Assembly (NCBI GenBank): GCA_030390025.1
Contig: JASTWF010000121.1
Coordinates: 62,001-126,000, forward strand
Direction: 5' to 3'
Length of the DNA stretch: 64,000 nucleotides
DNA from: Squalus acanthias
Lineage: Eukaryota
Made by a program: the position numbers and the translations under genes
The notes under the pieces: model-generated
What the model saw: the letters and a program-made list of their open reading frames with translations, nothing else
Database searches by the model: none
Told to the model about the DNA's origin: nothing
Part shown: positions 25,097 through 37,846 of the stretch, piece after piece
Position numbering within the stretch: position 1 is the first letter of the stretch
Layout of the letters: each line of letters starts with the position of its first letter

Positions 25097-25239
25097 CAAA
25101 CTGTCAAGTCTGTGGTTTGTGTGACGAGCTCTTGATCTTGATCTTTATATTTTTGTGAACAAATTTCTCACAACAGATGCTTTCTATTTTTCATTTCACT
25201 GATGCAAGTAAATGTCAATAAAAAATCTAATTAAACTGT

Positions 25240-25600
25240 ACAAAGTTATGAGGGGCTTAGATAGGGTAGATAGAAAGGAACATTTCCCCTTAGTAGAGGG
25301 GTCAATAACTAGGGGGCATAATTTCAAGATAAGGGGCAGGAGGTTTAGAGGGGATTTGAGGAAAACTTTTTCACCCAGAGGGTGGTTGGAATCTGGAACT
25401 CACTGCCTGAAAGGGTGGTAGAGGCAGGAACCCTCAGAACATTCAAGAAGCATTTAGATGAGCTCTTGAAACGCCATAGCATACAAGGCTACAGACCAAG
25501 TGCTGGAAAATGTGATTAAAATAGATAGGGCTTGATGGCTGGTGCAGACACGATGGGCCGAAGGGCCTCTTTCTGTGCTGTATAACTCTATGACTCTATC
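25240..25600 (+). mobile_element. CR1 3' end
   Basis: YKVMRGLDRV...TRGH motif and a CTATGACT-type tail. Confidence 0.85.
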
Positions 25601-27253
25601 TGCTCCTTCATCTCCTGTTGTAGTTCTGCTTCTAATTACAGAACTTTCACTTCCTTGTCAGATCACTGTTCTTCCATTGCCTGCAAGTCTGTTTCCCTTT
25701 GCACCCTTCCTGTTTGAATTCCTGAGGCTCTGTCTTGGGTTTCTTGTCTGTTGTAGTTCAGGGGGTACAACAGTGTAACAACAGAGATCTGGGGTTTGGT
25801 TTTCATTGCTGCTAACCTCTCCACGAGCTCCTGCTGCCCATCCAAGGTTTTTCCATGGTTTTGTCCATCCTTTTGTAGCAGGCGAGGGTGTCTGGTGATT
25901 GGGTGATATCGTACAATATCGGACAAATCTCTGTCATCCACAGGATTAAGGTGGGTTATGGTCCTGTCATGATAAATGTTTACCATTCCAAACCTGTGAC
26001 CAGCTATGGCATTTTGATTTAGGGCCACTATCCCTTTACTTCAATTCCAACTCACACATTTGGGTTCCACAATTATCATTCACATTTAAGTTTTGTAAGA
26101 TTTAGCCCAACTTTGAACCATTTTATATTATCCAGTCCAAGGTGTACAAACAGTTACACAATCAAAACCAATCATAGGGATGATGTGCACAACTGAGTGA
26201 GGTGATTAACTGCTAATTGCCAGAGTTATCTATGGAGAAGTTAGATATAGAGGTGCATCAACTAATGTGTATATGATAATGCAGTTCACACTATCACAAG
26301 GTTAAGTATTGGGAATCATTGAAAGTACTTTGCAGAGTTAATGGGAGGGCCCTCATTTGCATGGGGCAGACAGGTGAAGTCCCATCTGAGGCACGTCTAT
26401 TGGCCCATACCAGCAGAAATTTGGTGGGTGTCCACTCGTGGGGAGGTATTGTCCAGGGAACCCAACCCAGAGCAGGAGGGACGATCAATTATTTTTTCCA
26501 AAACAGTTTCTTCTCTTTCTTCAAGATCCTGGCTGTATCTTCAGTGTTGACCCTACGTGAGCCCATCTCTAGTTGCCCTGAGAAGGTGGTGGTGGGCCTT
26601 TGCCTTGGACCACTGTATTTCTTGTGGTGCTGGTGCAGCCACAATCCTGCATCTGGCAGCCCACCATTGCAGGATGGGTGTGGTTAGAAATTATGGTCTA
26701 GATATGACATGAGACCGGCGTGTTGTGGGCACCTGCTGGGCATCCCCAGGCATTCCACCGGCAAAGAGGATTACAATTTCAGACCACTGTGTCACTGGTA
26801 TCGGCCCTCGGGTAGGTCCTGGGAGGGAGGGAGGAGCTGATTGGGAGAGAGGGGAGTGATTGTGAATAGGATGGAGGCGATCGGGAGGAATAGAGGGGTT
26901 GAACGGGAGTGGGGGAGGGAGCGATAGGGAGGGAGGGTGAGGGCAATCAGGAGAGAGCTGGCAATGGTCTTCGGTGCTGCTGTGGAGGCGGGAGGCACAC
27001 TCCTGCACCTCCCAGCTCCACATTCAGGGAAGTACTTTATTAAAAAACTCACCTTTTAGGTGAGGGGCTGTAGTGGTCCCCTTAAGGACCACTGGTTAGG
27101 CTGCTTGTAGACCTGGTCTGGCGCTGGCGTCATTCAGGGTAGATTTTGAGACGAGATCCTTCAACAGCCGTTAGGCCCCTTATTTTCACATGGAAAGGGT
27201 CTAACGCTGGATTCAGACTCGGGGCCTGAATGGCTCTTTTTCTATTTTCACCA

Positions 27254-28925
27254 TGTAAGGGTTTTGACACGCCTGTGGCTCTGTGCTCAGCCTGGGTGCT
27301 AGTGCGAGGTTAGGCCTTGTTGCCTGTTCTGGTCTCCAGCCAGCCTGGTAGCACTAGACACCTGTGAGTGGTTCGACCCACTCGCCCTTACGGTTCTGAC
27401 ACTGGACTTAGATGCGAGAGCAATAATGGAGAGAAAACTCAGGTAGACCCGGTTGAATGGTGCGAAATGGAAAATCTTTATTGCATATTATTCAAGATTA
27501 CGAAATACATGTCATAAGCACAGATTAATGACAGTACAATCTTACACGCAGTTATGTAACTAATTTTAGGGAAACGAGGAGCGCACGACACATCGAAAAA
27601 GGGGGCACACATTACAATTATCCTTAAAACTTAAACCCTCCCCTATCAATACCTGTTCTAAACTAGATTTGTAGGATCGAGACTCATGCTCACCACTCGT
27701 GATAACTCGGAGAATTCCGAAAACTCTGCTCGGATGTTTTTACCGCAGCACCTGACCACCCACGTGTTGATCAGGGGTCTCTGTACCCCACTTATTTACT
27801 CGTTTCTGCTCCGGCTAGCAGGCTGGACCGTCTGCTGTCATGAAGATCTGTGTTGTCCTCGGAGTTCCGACACGACTCAAAAAATGGTCTTCCTGTGCCC
27901 TCGCCCTGATGCGATAAAACTCGAAGAATCGTCTTCCGATGCCAGTTCTGTAAAACTCAAAGAATAGTCTTCCTGGGCAAGGAAAGTGTCTATTCGACCT
28001 ACAGGCGCGGTCGGGGCTTACTGACCGTGGCGATACGTATGGTCGTCTTCTTCTCTTCTCATCTCATCTCATCTCATCTCATCTGGGGCCTTCGGTTCCA
28101 ACACCGTTTACCGACTTCTCGGAATGGTGTGCCCGTTTCAAGGCTTCACAGCCCGCTTCCACACAGATCTTCGCGGCAAGCCACGAGGCTGATCCTGGCG
28201 GATCAGAAAGTTCAATAGTCTTTAAGAGCTGCAAGAGGCAGAGGCACGAGGCAAGTGGCAAGGAGTCAAGAGGCAAGAGCAAGGCGGCAAGAGAAAGATG
28301 GACGGTTGTACCTTACAGTTATAGTGCTGAAATTCCTCTTTTCCCGCCCAATCTTAATGTCTTTTCTTTTGTCAGAGTTTTGGCGCTCAAACTTCTTGTA
28401 TAGGGTGATCTCCGCTTAATGGGTTTCGGTGATACTTGTAACTGCCTGAGTACCTGTTAATACTTTTCCCATTGTGTAACCGGTCAGTATTCTCCTTGGA
28501 GGGGTTTTGGGGCTTCCAAATGTTTCTGTAACTACCCGCAAATGGCTCTCTCATCGTAGAGTCGTGGGGATTTTGCATATTAATGTCTTTGGATGGGTTC
28601 TTGATCGCTTGGTACAATAGCCCTTATTCGCACCTGGGAGACCGATTCCAGTATTTATGTGTAAAATGCAAACCCATTATGTCTTGTGAATTATCTCAAA
28701 TGTGCTGAGTCTTGTTCGATCTCGCACAAATGTTTATTGGAACGCCATCTTGTCTGCTTATCGAAAAGTCTAGTACGTTCTGCCACGAGGCGTGGCGGCC
28801 ATTTTACAGGCTGCTTGTGTCCACTTTGAAAAACCTGACAGCATTCTGCTGAAATAAAGCTGTTTGCACGAAACTATGTGTCTCCTCCTTATTTATAAAA
28901 TCGCGATAATATTGCGAATTCTACA
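27254..28925 (-). mobile_element. Solo LTR (1672 bp) of an endogenous retrovirus or LTR retrotransposon
   Basis: TG...CA termini, 4-bp TSD ACCA; - strand TATAA at 28319-28323 and AATAAA at 27477-27482; homologous to 34512-36125. Confidence 0.9.
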
Positions 28926-29009
28926 ACCAATATGGCCATAGTGGACACTTTGATCACCATTTTGTGCCTGTAAAACGAGCGTGGCGTGAACCGGGTACGG
29001 TCACATCGT

Positions 29010-29397
29010 GGTTCTGTTACTGAACTAGTAATCTAACGATTAAGATCCGGAGACGTGAGTTCAAATCCCACCACAGCAGCTGGGGAATTTAAATTCAGTT
29101 AATTAAATAAATCTGGAATAAAAAGCTAGAATCAGTAATGGTGACCATGAAACTATCGGATTGTTGTAAAAACCCATCTGGTTCACCAATGTCCTTTAGG
29201 GAAGGAAATCTGCCGTCCTTACCCGGTCTGGCCTATATGTGACCCCAGACCCACAGCAATGTGGTTGACTCTTAACTGCCCTCTGAAATGGCCCAGCGAG
29301 ACACTCAGCTGTCACCACCTTCTCAAGGGCAATTAGGGATGGGCAATAAATGCTGGCCTTGCCAGCGAGGCCTACAGCCCGTGAATGAATAAAAAAT
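29010..29397 (+). mobile_element. tRNA-derived shark SINE (family not assigned)
   Basis: B-box GAGTTCAAATCC and A-rich end GAATGAATAAAAAA; partial copy at about 3985-4170 (-). Confidence 0.7.
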
Positions 29398-29669
29398 ACA
29401 TTTCTAGGCCAATGGCATTTCACTTGTGACCCAGAGCTGTGGGGTTATTCACAAACAATGCATCACATGATGGTTTCCCATCATTGGAATAGGCAAACCA
29501 ATATTTGAACAGTATTCCTCGTTCACCTTCACTTTCAATGTTAAATCCTAGAAGTGGTGGCAGGACATGTAGATCCAGCGAAACGATCGCCTGTACATTG
29601 TTTATTCTCCCGCCTGTTGGATTTAACACAGGAACAGTTTCTCATATGATATTCATTTGATATTCGAGC

Positions 29670-31678
29670 AAGTTACACAGGAACAGGGGGAGGCCATTCA
29701 CCCCCGCGAGCCTGTTACACAGGAACAGGAGGAGGCCATTCAGCCCCTCGAGCCTGTTACACAGGAACAGGAGGAGGCCAGTCAGCCCCTCGAGCCTGTT
29801 ACACAGGAACAGGAGGAGCTAATTCAGCCCCTCGAGCCTGTTACACAGGAACAGGAGGAGGCCATTCAGCCCTTCGAGCCTGTTACACAGGAACAGGAGG
29901 AGGCCATTCAGCCCCTCGAGCCTGTTACACAGGAACAGGAGGAAGTAATTCAGCCCCTCGAGCCTGTTACACAGGAACAGGAGGAGGCCATTCAGCCCCT
30001 CGAGCCTGTTACACAGGAACAGGAGGAGGCCATTCAGCCCCTTGAGCCTGTTACACAGGAACAGGAGGAGGCCATTCAGCCCCTCGAGCCTGTTACACAG
30101 GAACAGGAGGAGGCCATTCAGCCCCTCGACCCTGTTACACAGGAACAGGAGGAGGCCATTCAGCCCCTCGAGCCTGTTACAGAGGAACAGGAGGAGGCCA
30201 TTCATCCCCTCGAGCCAGTTACACAGGAACAGGAGGAAGCCATTATTTCCCTCGAGCCTGTTACACAGGAAAAGGAGGAGGCCATCCAGCCCCTCGAGCC
30301 TGTTACACAGGAGGAGGCCATTCAGCTCCTCGAGCCTGTTACACAGGAACAGGAGGAGGCCATTCAGCCCCTCGAGCCTGTTATACAGGAACAGGAGGAG
30401 ACCATTCAGCCCCTCGAGCCTGTTGCACAGGAACAGGAGGCCATTCAGCCTCTCGAGCCTGTTACACCGGAACAGGAGGAGGCCATTCAGCATCTCGAGC
30501 CTGTTACACAGGAACAGGAGGAGGCCATTTACCCCTCGATCCTGTTACACAAGAACAGGAGGAGACCATTCATCCCCTCGAGCATGTTATACAGGAACAG
30601 GAGGAGGCCATTTAGCCCATCGAGCCTGTTACACAGGAACAGGAGGAGGCCATACAGCCTCTCGAACCTCTTACACAGGAACAGGAGGAGGCTATTGAGC
30701 CCCCTCGAGCCTGTTACACAGGAATAGGGGGAGGCCATTCAGCTTCCTCGAGCCTGTTACATTAGGAACAGGAGGAGACCATTCAGCCTCTCGAGTCTGT
30801 TACACAGGAACAGGAGAAGACCATTCAACCCCTCAACCTATTACATAGGAACAGGAGGAGGTCATTCAGCCCCTCGAGCCTGTTATAAAGGAACAGGAGG
30901 AGGCCATTCAGCCCCTCGATCCTGTTACACAGGAACAGGAGGAGGCCATTCAGCCCCTCAAATCTGCTACACAGGAACAGGAGGCCATTCAGCCTCTCGA
31001 GCCTGTTACACAGGAACAGGTGGAGGCCATTTACCCCTCGATCCTGTTACACAAGAACAGGAGGAGACCATTCATCCCCACGAGCCTGTTATACAGGAAC
31101 AGGAGGAGGCCATTCAGCCCATTGAGCCTGTTAGACAGGAACAGGAGGAGACCATTCAGCCCCTCGATACTGTTACACAGGAACAGGAGGTGGCTATTCA
31201 GCTCCCTCGAGCCTGTTACACAGGAGCAGGAGGAGTCCAGTAAACCTCTAGAGCCTCTTACATAAGAACAGGAGGAGGCTATTCAGACCCTCGATCCTGT
31301 TACACAGGAACAGGAGGAGGCCATTCAGCCTCTCGAGCCTGTTACATCGGAACAGGAGGAGACCATTCAGCCCCTCGATCCTCTTACATAGGAACAGGAG
31401 GAGGCCAGTCAGCCTCTCGAGCCTGTTACACAGGAACAGGACGAGGCCATTCAGCCCCTTGAGCCTGTTACACAGGAACAGGAGGAGGCCATTCAGCCCC
31501 TTGAGCCTGTTACACAGGAACAGGAGGAGGCCATTCAGCCCCCTCGAGCCTGTTACACAGGAACAGGAGGAGACCATTCAGCCTCTTGAGCCTGTTACAC
31601 AGGAACAGGAGGAGGCCATTCAGCCCCTCGAGCCTGTTACATAGGAACAGGAGGAGGCCAGTCAGCCTCTCGAGCCTG
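29670..31678. repeat. 42-bp tandem array, about 48 copies, derived from a CR1 3' terminus
   Basis: Unit GAGCCTGTTACACAGGAACAGGAGGAGGCCATTCAGCCCCTC runs directly into a - strand CR1 3' end near 31678. Confidence 0.95.
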
Positions 31679-32100
31679 CTCCACCATTCAATCAGATCAT
31701 GGGTGATCTGTACCTCTACTTCATTAACCCGCCATTGCTCCACATCCCCTGATACCATTACCTAACAAAAATCTATCGATCTCAGACTTGAGAGCTGGAA
31801 TTGACCCCCAGCATCCACAGCCTTTTGTGGAGAGAGTTCCAGATTTCCACTGCCCTTTGTGTGATGAAGTGCTTCCTGATTTCACTCCTGATCAGCCTGG
31901 CTCTAGTTTTAAGATTATGTCCCTTTGTTCTTGATTCACCCACCAGTGGAAATAGTTTCTCGCTCTCTACCCTGTCGAACCCAATAAGTTCCTCCACTTG
32001 TTTTATTTTTAGTACCCCTTCTATCGCTGGTATTTTATCCTCTTGCTCTACTGTGAAAATGGAAACAAAGTGCTCCTTCAATAAATCACCATCACCTTGT
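31650..32100 (-). mobile_element. CR1 3' end with an adjoining CR1 fragment
   Basis: FDRVESEKLFPL...WNSL motif. Confidence 0.8.
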
Positions 32101-32683
32101 TATTGGCCCCGATATTAACGGGGAGGTGGAAAATTGATTGAGGGCCTGGCTGGTGGGCGGGAGCACAAACAAGCAGCAGGGAGTCACAGCCGGGGACCCA
32201 TGGGGACGGACCCTGGCAGCTAGTGGGGGGACACTCGGGGCCACGATCGGTGGGGGGGTGGAGGGGCGAGAGGTCAGAGTGTGACCGGGGGCGGGGGCTG
32301 AGAGGTAGGGCCGGAATCGGGGGGGATTGTTTCAAAGCTCGGGGCCGTGATCGGGGGAAGGGGGGTAGCCCGGTTTATGGAGGCCCAAGGCTTCCTTTTG
32401 AAGCCCAGAGGATCACTCCTGCCCCTCCTGGCCCACAAGAAAACCTGAAAGATAAATGTCAAACTTTCCAGCTGGGCCTCTTCTGTCAGCCCTTCCCTAT
32501 GTTGTTGGTCCCAACATGGACCAGGGCGACTGGATCTCAGCCTCCCTTTCACCCTAATCTTTCTCTTCCTGTCAGGTCCAGCCTGTGACGCTGGGAGTGA
32601 TCAGAGATTACTGCCCTGGAGGTTCTGCTTCTCAATCCAGAAAGACTGTAGCCCTGTTGGAGGGTCAGGTCTTGGGTCTTTAA

Positions 32684-32980
32684 CCGTCTTTCGGATGAGA
32701 TGTTAAACCGAGGCCCCGTCTGCTCTCTCAGGTGGACGTAAAAGATCCCACGGTCACTATTTCAAAGAAGAGCAGGGGAGTTCTCTCTGGTGTCCTGGCC
32801 AATATTTATCACTCAACCAACATCACTAAAACAGATTATCTGGTCATTATCACATTGCTGTAGTGGGAGCTTACTGTGCGCAATTTGCCTGTCGCGTTTC
32901 CTACATTACAACAGTAACTACACTTCAAAAGTACTTCAGTGGCTGGAAAAGCGCTTTGGGACGTCCAGTGGTCGTGAAAT
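32684..32980 (+). mobile_element. Deu-domain SINE (SacSINE1-like); its tail resumes at 37182-37225 after the nested CR1
   Basis: TTCGGATGAGATGTTAAACCGAGGCCCCGTCTG...; ends GTGAAA and resumes TGAAAGGCGCTATATAAATGCAAG. Confidence 0.8.
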
Positions 32981-35900
32981 ACCAAGGGGCAGAAAACGTT
33001 AGTGGGAGTTGTATACAGACAGTAATGCTGAGGTTGGGGATGGCATTAAATGGGAAATGAGAGACACGTGCAATAAGGGCACAGCAGTTATCATGGGTGA
33101 CTTTAATCTACATATAGATTGGGCTAACCAAATTAGTAACAATACTGTGGAGGAGGAATTCCTAGAGTGTATACGGGATGGTTTCCTGGACCAATATGTC
33201 GAGGAACCAACTAGAGATCAGGCCATCTTAGACTGGGTATTATGTAATGAGAAAGGATTAATTAGCAATCTTGTTGTGCGAGGCCCCTTGGGGAGGAGCG
33301 ATCATAATATGATAGAATTCTTCATTAAGATGGAGAGTGAAGTAGTTGACTCAGAGACTAGGGGTCCTGAATTTAAATAAAGGAAACTATGATGGTATGA
33401 GGCTCGAGTTAGCTAGGATGGATTGGGGAGCGTTACTTAAAGGGTTGACGGTGGATAGGCAATGGCAAACATTTAAAGATCGCATGAATGAACTACAGAA
33501 TTTGGTCATCCCTGTTTGGCATAAAAATAAAACAAATAAGGTGACTCAACCGTGGCTAACATGGGAAATTAGGGATAGCATAAGATGCAAGGAGAGGACA
33601 TATAAATTGGCCAGAAAAAGCAGCAAACCTGAGGATTGGGAGCAGTTTAGGATTCAGCAAAGGAGGACAAAGGGATTAATTCAGAGGGCGAAAATAGAGT
33701 ATGAGAGTAAGCTTTCAGGGAAAATAAAAACTAACTGTAAAAGCTTCGATAGATATGTGAAGAGAAAAAGATTGGTGAAGTCAAGCGTAGGTCTCTTGCA
33801 GTCAGAATCAGGGGAATTTATAATGGGGAACAAAGAAATGGCTGACAAATTAAATACATACTTTGGTTCTGTCTTCACAAAGGAGGACACAAATAAACTC
33901 CCAGAGATGTCGGGGAACATAGGGTCTAATGAGAGGGAGGAATTGAATGAAATCAGTATTTGTAGGGAAATGGTGTTAGGGAAATTGACGGGATTGAAGG
34001 CCAATATATCCCCAGGGCCTGATAATCTACATCCTAGGGTACTTAAGGAAGTGGCCCTAGAAATAGTAGATGCATTGCTGGTCATCTTTCAAAATTCTAT
34101 AGACTCTGGAACAGTTCCCATGGATTGGAGGGTCGCTAATGTTACCCCACTATTTAAAAAAGGTGGTAGAGAAAAAACGGGGAATTATAGACCGGTAAGC
34201 CTGACATCAGTAGTGGGCAAAATGCTAGAGTCCATTATAAAAGATGTAATAGCAGAGCACTTGGAAAACAGTGACAGGATCGGACAAAGTCAACATGGAT
34301 TTACAAAAGGTAAATCATGCGTGACTAATCTACTGGAATTTTTTTGAGGATGTAACTGGTAGAATAGATAAGGGAGAACCAGTGGATGTGGTGTATTTGG
34401 ACTTTCAGAATGCTTTTGATCAGATCCCGCATAAGAGATTAGCGTGCAAAGTTAAAGCACATGTGATTGGGGGTAAGGTACTGACTTGGATAGAGAACTG
34501 GTTGGCAGACATGTAAGGGATTCTGACCCTGCGTGTCTCGCAGCCTGTGAGATTCACGTGGCTCTGTGCAGCCTGTATGTCAGTGCGGGTCTAGGCCTCG
34601 TTGCCTGTTCTGGTCTCCAGCCAGTCTGGGAACACTAGACACACCTGTGAGTGGTTCGAATCACTCTCCCTTACGGTTCTAGACACTGGACTTAGATGCG
34701 AGAGCAGTAATGGAGATGAAACTCATGTAGACTTGGTTTGAATGGTACGAAATGGAAAATCTTTATTGCATGATACTTAAGATTATGAAATACATGTCAT
34801 AAGCACAGATTAATGACAGTACAATCTTACAAACAGTTATATAGTCGATCTTAGGGAAACGAGGAACGAACGGCACAAAGTAAATAGGGGCACACATTAC
34901 AAATATCCTTAATCCTTAAACCCTCCCCTATCAATATCTATCCTAAACTAGATTCGTAGGATCTCGAGACTCATGCTCACCACTCGTGATAACTTGGAGA
35001 AATTCCGAATAGCTGATCGGATGTTTTTCACCGCAGCACCCACGTGTCGGTCAGGAGATCTCCTGGTCCCACTTGTTTACTTGCTTCTGCTGCTCCGGCT
35101 AGCAGGCTGGAACGTCTGCTGTGATGAAGATCTGTATTGGTGGCTTTCACATTCCAGTTACTTTGGGCACAGTCCAGTTATCATCGATGCAATATGTTTC
35201 GTTATAAGTTCGAAGAAGTCTTCCTTGCGAGGAAAACTTGGCTAATCGACCTACAGGCGCGGTCGGGATTTACTGACCGTGGCGATGGATATGGTCTTCC
35301 TCTCTTCTCATCTCATCTCATCTCATCTCATCTCAGGCCTTTTGGTTCCGATACCGGTTACCAATATAGGTCTTCGTTACGCGACACGAGGTAGATCCGA
35401 ACGGATCAGAAAGTTCAACAGTCTTTTCAGAAGAGACAACAGGCAAGCAGAAGCCCAACTACGAGTACACAGGAGCAGCCATGATGATAAGAGCAGCAAG
35501 AGAAAGATGGACGGTTTGGAGCCTGCAATTATAGTGCAAAAATCTTCCGTTTCCCGCCCAACTATAATGTCCATTCTTTTGTTTAGGGTCTGGCGCTCAA
35601 ATGTCTTGTATGGGTGATCTCCGTTCTTAATGGGTTTCGGGGCTACTCGTAAATGTCTGAGTACCTGTTAATATTTCTCCCATTGTTAAATCGGTCGGTA
35701 ATCTCCCTGGAGGGGTTTGGGGCTTCCAAGTGTCCTGTATAACTACCTGCTAACGGCTCTCTCATCGTAGAGTCGTTGGGATTTTACATATTAATGTCTT
35801 TTGGATGGGCCCTTGATTACTCGGTACAATGGCTTTTCTTTGTACCTGGGAGACCGATTTCAGTATCTATGTGTATACTGCAAACCCATAATGTCTCGTG

Positions 35901-37181
35901 TATTATCTTCACTGTGCTGACTCTTTGCACAAATGTTTATTGGAACGCCATCTTGTCTGCCTGTTGAAAAGTCTAGAATGTTCTGTCACGAGGTGCGGCG
36001 GCCATTTTACAGGCTGCTTGTGTCCACTTTAAACCTGCCAGCATTCTACTGAAATAAAAGCTGTTTGAACGAAACTCTGTGTTTTCTCCTTATTAATAAA
36101 ATCGCGATATATTGCGAATTCTACAGACAGGAAGCAAAGAGTTGGAATAAACGGGTTTTTTTCGAAGTGGCAGGCAGTGACTAGTGGGGTACCACAGGGA
36201 TCCGTGCTAGGACCCCAGCTATTCACAATATATATTAATGATCTAGATGAGGGAACTAGATGTAATATCTCTAAGTTTACAGACGACACAAAGCTGGGTG
36301 GGCATGTGTGCTGTGAGGAGTATGCAGAGAAACTCCAGTATGATTTGGACAGGTTGGGTGATTGGGCAGATGCATGGCAGATGCCATATAATGTGGATAA
36401 ATGCGAGGTTATCCACTTTGGTGGCAAAAACAGGAAGACAGATTATTATCTGAATGGCAATAGATTGGGAAAAGGGGAAGTGCAACGAGATCTGGGAGTC
36501 CTTGTGCACCAGTCGCTGAAGGTTAAGAAGGCAAATGGTATATTGGCCTTCATAGCGAGAGGATTCGAGTACAGGAGCAAGGATGTCTTGCTGCAGTTGT
36601 ACAAGGCCTTGGTGAGACCACACCTTGAATATTGTGTGCAGTTTTGGTCGCCTTATCTGAGGAAGGACGTTCTTGCCATGGAGGGATTGCAGCGAAGATT
36701 TACCAGACTGATACCTGGGATGGCAGGAATGACGTAGGAAGAGAGATTGGGTCGATTAGGCTTATACTCGCTAGAGTTTAGAAGAATGAGAGGGGATCTC
36801 ATTGAAACTTATAAAATTCTAACAGGACTAGACAGACTAGATGCAGGACGGATGTTCCCGATGGCGGGGGAGTCTCGAACCAGAGGTCACAGTCTAAGGA
36901 TAAGGGGTAAGCCATTTAGGACTGAGATGAGGAGGAATTTCTTCACCCAGAGAGTGGTGAACCTGTGGAATTCTCTACCACAGAAGGCAGTTGAGGCCAA
37001 TTCATTAAATATATTCAAGAAGGAGATAGATATATTTCTTAAGGCTAAAGGGATCAAGGGATATCGGGAGAAAGCAGGGACAGGGTACTGAATTTGGATG
37101 ATCAGCCATTATCTCATTAAATGACGGAGCAGGCTCGAGGGGCCGAATGACCTACTCCTGCTCCTATCTTCTACGCTTCTA
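32980..37181 (+). mobile_element. CR1 LINE, 5'-truncated ORF2 plus 3'UTR, split by a solo LTR
   Basis: ORFs 33009-34347 and 36177-37091 carry APE/RT motifs; the sequence is continuous across the LTR (TGGCAGACA|GGAAGC). Confidence 0.95.
34512..36125 (-). mobile_element. Solo LTR (1614 bp), same family as 27254-28925
   Basis: TGTAAGGG...GAATTCTACA, 4-bp TSD GACA; - strand TATAA at 35529-35533 and AATAAA at 34762-34767. Confidence 0.9.
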
Positions 37182-37846
37182 TGAAAGGCGCTATATAAAT
37201 GCAAGTCTGTCTGTCTGTCTTTCTTTCCCTCCAGTCCGCCCCAGTTCCCACCACTTCCCGTGACCGCCATGTGGAAGATGGCAGTAGGCTGGAGGTAGCA
37301 GTGGTGAAGACCCTGGGGCCGGGGAATGCAGGGAGAGAGCCTCCTCTTCCTCCAGTCTTGCCCCCACACCCTTCCCTGTGGAGACCTCAGTCTGCTGAGA
37401 CCTAAATCGCTGTAGCCCTGTTGATCTTTGGGGAACTTCTGCCCCTTTAAATGCCTGGCCGCCTCTTCCAGTACCGCAGACACGTCCCAATTCCAGTTCT
37501 CACATCGCTTTGAATTCTGAGGAAGACTTTCCCACTATTATCAGTACAGTAAAGATAATTCCAGTCTGAGAGAAGTAAGCTTGTATTAGAAGCTGTTGTT
37601 CAGTGTGAGATCAACACTGCTTTTCCTATTATATCAGTTCACCTGTACTGCTGACATCAGCACACCTGCCCCTCAGCAAGTTTATTGTTTGACCTGAATC
37701 AGTAACAACCTAACCCACTGGCTCAGTCTCACAATCTGTTCTCTCTGTTTAACCTGATCTGTACTGCCTGGACTGTCCCTTTAAACACCAGGACACTTTG
37801 TAACTTTCAGACCGGTTTTTAAATTATTGATATTTTTCCCTTAAAG

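Noticed and set aside
25600-26100. 121-aa - strand ORF and coiled-coil-like sequence (also 22030-22350)
   Set aside because: Interrupted by stops and has no recognisable domain; possibly an old gag remnant but not supportable.
27686-27967. Shared MLTTRDN...LLRLAGW ORFs in both LTRs (also 34973-35245)
   Set aside because: Antisense to the LTR, and the peptides diverge between the shared blocks; nucleotide homology and the splice donor explain the similarity.
29657-30727. 356-aa Glu/Gln/Pro-rich ORF
   Set aside because: Translation of a 42-bp CR1-derived tandem array; overlapping frames are also open and there is no credible start or splice structure.
27254-36125. Two LTRs as the ends of one provirus
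   Set aside because: Each has its own TSD, they are visibly diverged, and the interval holds no gag, pol or env.
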